From a virus, in the IMG/VR virus record IMGVR_UViG_3300045988_008988, positions 1 to 18,305 of that record: a stretch of 18,305 nucleotides of DNA, one strand, 5' to 3'. Both the position numbers and the translations under genes were made by a program. Of this stretch, positions 6,515 through 13,569 are shown in pieces. Under the pieces are notes generated by a model, which was not told where the DNA came from, did not search any database, and worked only from the letters and a program-made list of their open reading frames with translations. The stretch's first letter is position 1. Every line of letters starts with the position of its first letter.

Positions 6515-7105
6515 TTACTGAGCGGTTTTCATAAAATGGTTGACCACGACGCCATTGGCGAGATTTTCCACCGTTAGCGGGTTGACGGGTTCGCCGTCAT
6601 CCACGTGCGCGTCGCGTGGCGTGATGCGCGGCTCGTTGTTGTGGAAAATGGTCTTGTTGCCGAGTACGGCGAACTCAAGGCATGAGTGCGCTGAGGCCAT
6701 CGGCACAGACAATTGCGCCATTTGGTTGACGCGTGCGCCGAAAACGGCCAATTCGCGGTACATATTACGCATTGCGTCAACGCTATTAACGTATCGTCCT
6801 TGCGTTACGTCATAAATATCATTGGTGATCTCGAGCTTGCCGAGCTTGCTTATAATATCCTCAAGCTGCACGTCAACCGACGCAAGATGCTCGTTGATTT
6901 CGGAGATTTCCACATCTGTCTTGTCGTATTCAGACTTCACCCATTCTTTCACCTTATCTACATATGTCTGCAAAGCGTCAAGATTATGGCGCAAGCATTC
7001 AATTAACTGTAATGTGGTCAATCCGTCACGATAGGTGAACGGAACAGATGTAGGCACCCCGTCGAACAGGCGTTGCCGTGGAACCAGTGCATTAATGTCA
7101 CTCAT
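6515..7105 (-). CDS. Hypothetical structural protein, tail or neck associated by position
   Basis: 196 aa counted from ATG 7105 (GGGAG SD 5 nt upstream; the ORF track starts at 7117). It has a central heptad-like helical stretch (LDALQTYVDKVKEWVKSEYDKTDVEISEINEHLASVDVQLEDIISKL). It lies between the lower collar and the fibres. No recognisable motif. Confidence 0.6.
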   Translation of the reverse strand: MSDINALVPRQRLFDGVPTSVPFTYRDGLTTLQLIECLRHNLDALQTYVDKVKEWVKSEYDKTDVEISEINEHLASVDVQLEDIISKLGKLEITNDIYDVTQGRYVNSVDAMRNMYRELAVFGARVNQMAQLSVPMASAHSCLEFAVLGNKTIFHNNEPRITPRDAHVDDGEPVNPLTVENLANGVVVNHFMKTAQ

Positions 7106-7107
7106 GA

Positions 7108-7902
7108 TTACTCCCATTCTTCGTAGTTATGGCAGTTACCGAATATTGTATCATACGATCCCCATACCTGCATGAAACACGGCTCTAGGCTGCGCACGAT
7201 TTCCATGTCCACGTTGATAATCGCCTGACGGTACTCTTGAATCAGGCTCATGGCGCTCTGGCTGCGCCCTGTCACGTGGCTCTTGCCCTTGGCGTTGCTT
7301 GAATCATGCTGGTAGTCGGTCGCGCTTTGCGCCGTGGTGTGGCTGGTCGAATCCTGCGAACTGGACGCGGTGCCGGAGCTGTCCGCTTGCGACTCGTTCG
7401 CGTGCGAGGCGTAGCGTGCGAAGTCGCCCACAACGCCGGTTTGCGGCACGTCACTGTCAAAACTCTTCGACGTGGTGGTGCTGGAATTATCCGACTTGCT
7501 ATTGCTGGAGCTGGTCGAATCCTGCATACTGGACGCTTTGCCCGACGACTGGGATTCGCTGCCGCTCTCGCTATCCGTCGTCATGTCCATGGAATCCAAC
7601 GGGTTGTATTCGATGTCCAACGTCTGATAGCGTTCATTGAAATAGGGCATGATTTCCGCCATGGTCATTCCCAGATAGAAAACGAATTGCTGGGCGGTTT
7701 CCTGTCCGATTTCCCGAAGCGCGTAATGGCGGATGATTTTCTCGTTCAACTCGGCGCGATGGTCTTCATCGTAAATCGGATAATAGTTGGCGCTGAGATG
7801 CAGCTTGTCGTCGGTATCATATCCGAATGCAATGAGATTGCCGAGGGTTTCGGTGTACTCGCCGGGCGTCGCCATCGCATAGGCGCTAAAATCCTGTGTC
7901 AC
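7108..7902 (-). CDS. Lower collar protein (phi29 gp11 type) with a Ser/Thr-rich insertion
   Basis: The N-terminal YPIYDEDHRAELNEKIIRHYALREIGQETAQQFVFYLGMTMAEIMPYFNERY matches the conserved lower-collar signature of small podoviruses as I recall it. GTG start with a GGAGG SD, overlapping the portal stop (GTGA). Directly downstream of the portal. Confidence 0.75.
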   Translation of the reverse strand: MTQDFSAYAMATPGEYTETLGNLIAFGYDTDDKLHLSANYYPIYDEDHRAELNEKIIRHYALREIGQETAQQFVFYLGMTMAEIMPYFNERYQTLDIEYNPLDSMDMTTDSESGSESQSSGKASSMQDSTSSSNSKSDNSSTTTSKSFDSDVPQTGVVGDFARYASHANESQADSSGTASSSQDSTSHTTAQSATDYQHDSSNAKGKSHVTGRSQSAMSLIQEYRQAIINVDMEIVRSLEPCFMQVWGSYDTIFGNCHNYEEWE

Positions 7903-8849
7903 AATACGCCTCCAATACCAGCGTCGTATGATGCGGGCATGTCGATATCCGCAGTGCCGCTTGCGCTAGAGTCAAGCGCGTTGGGCACTCCGGCACTTTG
8001 CACGTCCGCGTACTCTACCCACACGTTTAGTTGCGGCCACAGTCGGTTGATCTCCGTTGCCGCCGCCTGCCGCGCCTTAAGGAAACTCAATCGAAACACG
8101 TCCGTTTTCTCGTTGGCCTGCGCCACCTCGTCGGATATCAGTCTTTCCTTTTTTTCCGTGCCGGACGATTGAATGCCAAGATATCCCAGCACCTCGTTAG
8201 TGACCTGCGCCTTCTGCTGAATGAACTTGTCCAGCAGGTAAGGCGTAGTGTTGGGCCACGGTTGGAACATCGAACCGGGGTCAAGTGAATCATATCCGAT
8301 GATATAATCCTGACCGTCCTGACGCTGCTGGAGCATGTTCTGCACGGTGAGTTTTGTGCGCGGGTCGGCTGTGATGATGGTTGGCAGTTTCAGGCTCTCC
8401 AAATTCACATCATACGCTTTGTCGATATCTGCAAGGCGTCGCGCGTACTGCCATAATGTCGGCTTGAATCCGACGCGCATTCGATTGTCCCAAATTGGAA
8501 TGCATTCCGAGCCTGCTTTGAGTTGCCTATAGTGGTAGTTGACGCCTACCGGCTCGAACATAGTGGGATTATTGTACACATTCAGCCGACCTTGATAGCC
8601 CGCCTGAGTCACAAGGAACCTGCCGATACGCTTATCCTCGAAAAACAACGCGCACCCGTATTCGCACAGACATATTTCCAGCCAACGCTCATCCACAGTG
8701 GGCGGTAATCCGCGCCAGCTGAAACGGTTCAATGCGAGTTCCGTCAGTAAATGAAGATACATGTCATCAAGCGTGGCAGCGCGTGTTTTCGCGTAATTGC
8801 CGCGTGGATGCAACGCGCCGCCGACTCGATTCTTTTTAGACCTACTCAT
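7899..8849 (-). CDS. Portal (upper collar/connector) protein, phi29 gp10 type
   Basis: 316 aa (phi29 gp10 is about 309). GIQSSGTEKKERLISDEVAQANEKTD..FLKARQAAATEINRLW parallels the recalled gp10 segment [40 protein letters not shown]. The basic N-terminus MSRSKKNR resembles gp10 MARKRSN. Confidence 0.9.
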   Translation of the reverse strand: MSRSKKNRVGGALHPRGNYAKTRAATLDDMYLHLLTELALNRFSWRGLPPTVDERWLEICLCEYGCALFFEDKRIGRFLVTQAGYQGRLNVYNNPTMFEPVGVNYHYRQLKAGSECIPIWDNRMRVGFKPTLWQYARRLADIDKAYDVNLESLKLPTIITADPRTKLTVQNMLQQRQDGQDYIIGYDSLDPGSMFQPWPNTTPYLLDKFIQQKAQVTNEVLGYLGIQSSGTEKKERLISDEVAQANEKTDVFRLSFLKARQAAATEINRLWPQLNVWVEYADVQSAGVPNALDSSASGTADIDMPASYDAGIGGVL

Positions 8850-8855
8850 ATTGCC

Positions 8856-8864
8856 ATTATATCA
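8856..8864 (-). promoter_or_regulatory. Extended -10 box TGATATAAT(GG), 6 nt upstream of the portal ATG
   Basis: Exact TGnTATAAT. Its TGA is the tail-knob stop codon. No SD lies between the box and ATG 8849. Confidence 0.45.
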
Positions 8865-11171
8865 CTCGTAGCCAATGCCAGGCAGTGGCTCATTGTCCGC
8901 CCAATCGGTCACGCCGATATCCTCCGGTCTGCTCCATACGGTAACGCCTCTCTCGAACATGCCCTTAATGGTCAGCCGTGCCTGTTCGGGCAGTGTACCT
9001 TTAATATAGCATTCCTGCATCTGCCAGTACGAGAATTTCTCCATGCATTGCAGACTTGCGGGCGGGGTGACGAACCGTTGGACAAAATACCCGAAGCGCA
9101 GCATGAATTCGCCCACCGAACGCAACGCGCTGGGGGCGCACGTGCGGAAACGAACCAACACGCCCATAATACCGTTAGCGAGGTTGAACGAGTCGCCGCC
9201 CGCCGAACCGCTCGTAGTCGGCGGGGTCATCTGCATTTGCTGGACTTGAGCGTTAATTCCAGCTATCGAGTTCTCATAGTCTCCTTCGGCAAAGCGCGTG
9301 GCCAGTCGATAGTTCTGACCAGCCATCAAAGCGCTAGACGTGCCCTGAATCTGCTGGGCACGTTGCGCGTAAGTGTTCGCCTGCGAGGTTTGCGCCGCAT
9401 TGGTTGCCACACTGTTGGCAGTGTTCGCCGCCGCCGTGTCGTTGGCGATGTCACGGCTGGCGTACAGTCCCTTGTTGGCGATGTCGTTCTGTACGATGCC
9501 GCCGATGGCGCCAGCGGCGCCGCCAATCAGTCCGGCCACGCTCCCTGACGCCAATGCGTTCCCCGCATTAGAAATCAGCCCCCACGTGGTTTGCGCGTTG
9601 TTTTGTGATACGTTCAGGTTGATCATGGCGTTAGTGTTCGCCTGTCCGATGGCCAACGACCGGTTAAGTGAGTTGGCTGCAATGGCGTTAAGCGCGTTCC
9701 GGTTCGTAATACCCAGTTGGGTCATCTCTTGCTGAGTGCGAATCGCCGTGCCGGCCTGAGATAATGCGTTGGCTGCGCTCATGGTCGCTTTTTGCTGCGC
9801 CCAACCGGCAGACTGCTCCGCATATGCGCGAGCGTATGTGCTGTTTGCCATAGCAAGCGAAGCCCCGTTGTTCACCACCATGAACTGCGGGAAGTTTGTG
9901 ATACCAAAACTCACGTTAAGCATTTCTCCGCCGTCAATCGGCAGCCCGGTGCCGTTCCCGGACGGGGAGGAAACGGCAGACGCGCCTCCCGTATTGTAGT
10001 TCACCGGGTAAAAGTTCAGGCGCGGAGACGGTGGCGCGTAGTTCCACGTTTCGCGGATAACCAAGTCATTAGACTGGATATCTTCGGGCCGATAGATGAT
10101 ATTCGAGCCATTCAGGCACGAGCATTCCACGACGCTATACGGGTAGCACTGTAGTTTTTTTAGATTATGGTACCGTTTGGGGATATTAAAGTTATTGCGA
10201 AAATTCTTGATAGAGACAATATCGTCATACCTGTTATCGCTTTTAGCCTCCCATATAAACGTATACACATGCCCCTTAACCACACCGGCCGCGTCGTTGC
10301 CAAAAAATTGCGTTACCTCTCTGCCGGCGTCAGCTATATAGTCGGCGCTAATTTTGGGGATGGCGTAAATCGCCGTAATGCCCTGAGTGACCCACGGGTA
10401 CGAACCCCCTGCCTGCATAACGCGCGTAAAATCGTCGGCGGTGTCAAAATAATAAATCCCCGCGCCATTGGATTGATTCTCGAATTGTGAGCCTTGCGCG
10501 GTTTTCAGCGACGGTTTTTCAGTACTACCGCCCGACACCACAAGATCGGTTGTAGCCACGACAATGACACCATAATCCAAGGTTGGTGAGTTAAACCCGG
10601 GCTGCGCGGGCTTGCTGGACACAAGCGCCGTATATGACTGTGAGGTAACGACGGTTTCCGCGCCGGTGTCCAGTCCCTCCGGCAGTGCAAGCGTGGTACG
10701 CCCGTAATCGTCCCATTGGCGTTCATTGGCAATGCCGATATGGCCGCGCGTCACATAGCAGCTACCAAAGCTTACGTCAAATTGGAAACTCTGCCATACG
10801 TCCAGCATAAGCGTGAGCTGTGTGGTGTGCGCGTTAATGTATTCCACGGATTCGATGAAATAATACCAAGCGCGTGGCGATCCCAGTTCGGGGTAATCGT
10901 TGACGGCGACGAGGTAATTATAGTTTGATGCTTGGTTAAATGGCATGTCGATACGAACGGGGGCGCCGAAAATATGCATGGTGGCCGGACGGCATTCCAC
11001 TCCGTCCAGTTTGTCGAACCATTCTCGCTGCGTTTCACGTGAAACAAACCGTACGATATCACGGTATGAAGCATCCCACGGCACTCGGCAGAGTTTCAAC
11101 GTCGTGTTTGGCGTCCATTCCGCCCACGAAAAATTCGACTCCACATAAGGATTCACGTCGTCAATCATCAT
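8862..11171 (-). CDS. Tail knob (distal tube) protein, phi29 gp9 type, with an enlarged internal loop
   Basis: YNYLVAVNDYPELGSPRAWYYFIESVEYINAHTTQLTLMLDVWQSFQFDVSF parallels the recalled gp9 segment [48 protein letters not shown]. The C-terminus FSYWQMQECYIKG..GVTVW parallels FNYVQTKDCFISG..GITLW. The start is probably ATG 11171 or 11168, after GGAGGACA; the ORF track starts at 11201. Confidence 0.88.
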   Translation of the reverse strand: MMIDDVNPYVESNFSWAEWTPNTTLKLCRVPWDASYRDIVRFVSRETQREWFDKLDGVECRPATMHIFGAPVRIDMPFNQASNYNYLVAVNDYPELGSPRAWYYFIESVEYINAHTTQLTLMLDVWQSFQFDVSFGSCYVTRGHIGIANERQWDDYGRTTLALPEGLDTGAETVVTSQSYTALVSSKPAQPGFNSPTLDYGVIVVATTDLVVSGGSTEKPSLKTAQGSQFENQSNGAGIYYFDTADDFTRVMQAGGSYPWVTQGITAIYAIPKISADYIADAGREVTQFFGNDAAGVVKGHVYTFIWEAKSDNRYDDIVSIKNFRNNFNIPKRYHNLKKLQCYPYSVVECSCLNGSNIIYRPEDIQSNDLVIRETWNYAPPSPRLNFYPVNYNTGGASAVSSPSGNGTGLPIDGGEMLNVSFGITNFPQFMVVNNGASLAMANSTYARAYAEQSAGWAQQKATMSAANALSQAGTAIRTQQEMTQLGITNRNALNAIAANSLNRSLAIGQANTNAMINLNVSQNNAQTTWGLISNAGNALASGSVAGLIGGAAGAIGGIVQNDIANKGLYASRDIANDTAAANTANSVATNAAQTSQANTYAQRAQQIQGTSSALMAGQNYRLATRFAEGDYENSIAGINAQVQQMQMTPPTTSGSAGGDSFNLANGIMGVLVRFRTCAPSALRSVGEFMLRFGYFVQRFVTPPASLQCMEKFSYWQMQECYIKGTLPEQARLTIKGMFERGVTVWSRPEDIGVTDWADNEPLPGIGYE

Positions 11172-11186
11172 TGTCCTCCGGTATGG

Positions 11187-11227
11187 CAAGGCCCGGAGCA
11201 ATCACGTGGATTACGCTCCGGGCCTTG
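11187..11227 (-). promoter_or_regulatory. GC-rich 13-bp hairpin just upstream of the tail-knob RBS
   Basis: CAAGGCCCGGAGC (11187-11199) pairs perfectly with GCTCCGGGCCTTG (11215-11227) around a 15-nt loop. It shares CGTGATTGCT and the downstream GCCAT..ACC-RBS layout with the hairpin at 13395-13422. Confidence 0.6.
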
Positions 11228-11240
11228 TCCTGCATCACAC

Positions 11241-11258
11241 CGTGAGAGAAGGTAGCCA
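11241..11258 (-). terminator. Short hairpin after the capsid gene (weak terminator or attenuator)
   Basis: On the minus strand, GGTAGCC-GATT-GGCTACC (7-bp stem) followed by UUCUCUC. It lies 22 nt after the capsid stop. Confidence 0.4.
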
Positions 11259-11273
11259 ATCGGCTACCCTCCC

Positions 11274-11282
11274 ATTATATCA
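11274..11282 (-). promoter_or_regulatory. Extended -10 box TGATATAAT(GG) overlapping the capsid stop codon
   Basis: The same 11-mer, TGATATAATGG, occurs at 8854-8864. Here its TGA is the capsid stop. Confidence 0.4.
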
Positions 11283-13010
11283 CGCGGTCACGGTCACACT
11301 CTTCTCCCCGGACACGCCGAACAGCGTGGCGGTGATATCAGAAGCGCCCGCCTTGACGCCAGTCACCACGCCGGACTCGGACACGGTGGCGTTCGCCGGA
11401 GTGCCGGACGTCCATGCGGCCTGTGCGGTCACGTCGGCGGTACGCCCGTCGATCATGGTCGCCACGGCGGTCGCCTGCGCCGTATGTCCTACGGTCACGT
11501 TCGGGACGGTCACGGCAATCGATGCGACGATGGAGGGGTTGAATCCGATAACACCGTCACCGACCACGGGCACGTCCAGAGCTGCGGACACGGTGCCCGG
11601 CACTTCCGGCGTCGCCGGGTTCGTGTACAAGGCGGTTGCGGTAATCGGGATGGTGGTGTTCGGTTCGTCAAGACCGACCACCAGCACGCCGGTAGGCGAG
11701 ATATACGTGTAATCGCTCTTCGGCTTAACAGTATCGCCAATGCGATACTCGACCGCATCGGAGCGGAACGTGGCGGCACCGTCATTAGTGATGGTCGTGT
11801 CGGCGGTGACCTGCACCGCGCCACCACGCGCCACATTGTTCGGAGTTTCCGCACCGCCGCCGTACATGGCGAGTTTGAGTTGGAATGTCGGCGTCTGAGC
11901 CTGCGTGCCGGCAGGGGCCACCACGTTGGCCGTGGACGCCGCGCCGGTCCAGAACATCACAGCCGGAGCAAAGCCGGACACCGAGATGATGTGCTGTACA
12001 TGCAGATAATGGTTGACCGAATTGATGTTGACGGGGTTGGTCTGCTGGGTCATCTCGTTGATGACCGGAATGTCGATCAAAAACTTGTCGGTCGTCAGAA
12101 TGGCCTGCACGCCATCCATGCCGAAACGGTCCTGCGGAATGACTATAATCCGGTCGATGGTCGGCTCGGCGTCCGTACGCTGAAATACCGTGGCGAGGCC
12201 CTGCACGTCAAGCGCCGACTTGACTTCCGGCGAACAGAACAGCACGAGTTCGTCAGGACGGGCAAAGGTCGGCATGTGACGGGCGTTGTACTTGGTGGAA
12301 ACGAATTTTAGCGTGTCGGCCCATGCGCGAATCTGGCGCAGCATGTCGCGGGCGTCGGTTTCCGAACTACCCATATTATTCAGATCATTGTCCATATGGA
12401 CACGCCAGTATCCGCCGAGTTTCGCGTACTCCACGAACTGATGGCACAATGCCTCGAAAAGGTCAACCTCGGCCGCATTATAGCAGGATGTGAGAATCTG
12501 CGAGGTGAGCGATGCCAAACCGTTTTCGGACGTGAAAGCACGCTGCAATGTCTTGTCGTCCGTAGTTGCGGGATACCAGTGAGCGAAATCCAGACGGTGG
12601 TAGAGCGAGTCCACGTCGATTTTCCACTTGCGGAAATTGTCAGCGCCGAGATATTCCGCATCAGGATCATAGACCTGCGCAAGCGGCATTCCCACGGCGA
12701 TTTCCTGCCACGTGTCGCCATACGCCTGCGATGCACGCTGAAAAACGCTAAGCGGATTGTTCCAACGCCACGTATTCACGTAGGTGCCGCCGATACGGTT
12801 CACCAATGCCGAGTAAAACTCGTTCTTCAGCTGGGTAGACGACATGAGCGTAGCCATCTGCCTATCCATATTCATCTGAGTGGCCGAGGGCATTCGCCGC
12901 TGGTACTCTGGCGACGCCTCGTTGCGAATCATATTGAGAATCTGGGCGTTGTTGAATTCGGTGAGCGGGCGAAGCTGCTGCTTCGGCGTCACCACTGGAG
13001 TAGTTGCCAT
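11280..13010 (-). CDS. Major capsid protein with a C-terminal Ig-like (Big_2) domain
   Basis: 576 aa, directly after the scaffold gene, with an AGGAAGGA SD. The C-terminal ~75 aa (VTVGHTAQATAVATMIDGRTADVTAQAAWTSGTPANATVSESGVVTGVKAGASDITATLFGVSGEKSVTVTA) is a textbook Big_2 pattern, and phi29 gp8 also carries a BIG2 domain. Position and size match the capsid gene of phi29-like phages. Confidence 0.85.
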   Translation of the reverse strand: MATTPVVTPKQQLRPLTEFNNAQILNMIRNEASPEYQRRMPSATQMNMDRQMATLMSSTQLKNEFYSALVNRIGGTYVNTWRWNNPLSVFQRASQAYGDTWQEIAVGMPLAQVYDPDAEYLGADNFRKWKIDVDSLYHRLDFAHWYPATTDDKTLQRAFTSENGLASLTSQILTSCYNAAEVDLFEALCHQFVEYAKLGGYWRVHMDNDLNNMGSSETDARDMLRQIRAWADTLKFVSTKYNARHMPTFARPDELVLFCSPEVKSALDVQGLATVFQRTDAEPTIDRIIVIPQDRFGMDGVQAILTTDKFLIDIPVINEMTQQTNPVNINSVNHYLHVQHIISVSGFAPAVMFWTGAASTANVVAPAGTQAQTPTFQLKLAMYGGGAETPNNVARGGAVQVTADTTITNDGAATFRSDAVEYRIGDTVKPKSDYTYISPTGVLVVGLDEPNTTIPITATALYTNPATPEVPGTVSAALDVPVVGDGVIGFNPSIVASIAVTVPNVTVGHTAQATAVATMIDGRTADVTAQAAWTSGTPANATVSESGVVTGVKAGASDITATLFGVSGEKSVTVTA

Positions 13011-13032
13011 GATGGTTATTCCTTCCTAATTG

Positions 13033-13374
13033 TCAGTCTTCATATAGGTCGTCGAACGTGCTGTAGGTGCCGTTGTAGTCGTCGTCGGTCATTTCAGCCG
13101 ATTCCGGCGTCGCGTCATCATCGGGGCCGTCGTGCAGCACGTGGTCTGCTGCCGCGTCGCGCATCGCCTCGATGGTTTTGGACAGTTCCGCCACGGTCGC
13201 CTCCAATGCGCTCAACCGGTCGGCCATGTCGGCGTCCTTGTCATCGCCCGCATCTTCAGGCTCACCATCGGTCTGCGTTTCCGGCTCCGGGTTCGGCGTA
13301 TTGTCGTCGGCGTTCGCGTCCGGCTCGTTGTCGGGCGTGATATCCGGCTTGTCATCATTTTCGGTGTCGTCCAT
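13033..13374 (-). CDS. Scaffolding protein (phi29 gp7 position)
   Basis: 113 aa, very acidic (Asp/Glu-rich ends) with a central helical segment (RLSALEATVAELSKTIEAMRDAAA). Immediately upstream of the capsid gene. ATG 13374 follows a GAGGTG SD; the ORF track starts at GTG 13380. Confidence 0.65.
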   Translation of the reverse strand: MDDTENDDKPDITPDNEPDANADDNTPNPEPETQTDGEPEDAGDDKDADMADRLSALEATVAELSKTIEAMRDAAADHVLHDGPDDDATPESAEMTDDDYNGTYSTFDDLYED

Positions 13375-13394
13375 AATCACCTCTTAAGGTAGAT

Positions 13395-13422
13395 GGCACG
13401 GCAGCAATCACGCTGCCGTGCC
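13395..13422 (-). promoter_or_regulatory. Perfect 11-bp hairpin 3 nt upstream of the scaffold RBS
   Basis: GGCACGGCAGC pairs with GCTGCCGTGCC around a 6-nt loop (GUGAUU on the minus strand). No U-tract follows, so it is more likely a processing, stability or translational element than a terminator. Confidence 0.6.
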
Positions 13423-13435
13423 GGAATTGCTAGGC

Positions 13436-13546
13436 TGTGCGGGTTCCCTCGCCGTCAATGGGCGTTGGCTACGCACGTCTACATCCGACCGGATCGCCTT
13501 ACCGATTGCCTACCGGTCGGGCCATTGAATCAGCTTGGGACGCACA
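13436..13546 (-). ncRNA. Candidate structured RNA (three-way junction): pRNA-like or late-operon leader
   Basis: Hand-folded nested helices on the minus strand. The closing stem is 13546-13541 with 13441-13436 (6 bp), 13540-13537 with 13448-13445 (4 bp), 13534-13531 with 13454-13451 (4 bp, one G-U) and 13528-13522 with 13461-13455 (7 bp). These close a junction holding a bulged 8+4-bp hairpin (13520-13485) and a 4-bp hairpin (13474-13462). There is no ORF here. The structure lies downstream of the TGCTATAAT box at 13561-13569. Confidence 0.4.
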
Positions 13547-13560
13547 CCCCGCTACCCGTT

Positions 13561-13569
13561 ATTATAGCA
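13561..13569 (-). promoter_or_regulatory. Extended -10 box TGCTATAAT overlapping the polymerase stop codon
   Basis: Exact TGnTATAAT at the head of the 181-nt non-coding gap before the structural genes. Candidate late promoter. Confidence 0.45.

Noticed and set aside
7306-8172. Long plus-strand ORFs at 7306-8172, 8751-9548, 11484-12311, 12396-13340, 2714-3436 and 14925-15548.
   Set aside because: All lie antisense to well-supported minus-strand genes in GC-rich sequence. They encode Arg/Pro/Ala-rich low-complexity products with no motifs or SD sites, which is typical of shadow ORFs.
8300-8308. Plus-strand TGATATAAT inside the portal gene (possible antisense promoter).
   Set aside because: It is a single occurrence, explained by the DYIIG codons on the coding strand, with no downstream plus-strand ORF or structure. 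Treated as chance.
13426-13457. Possible sigma-70 promoter TTGACG ... TAGCAAT inside the late leader.
   Set aside because: The spacer is about 20 nt and the -10 is poor. The exact TGCTATAAT box at 13561-13569 is a better candidate.
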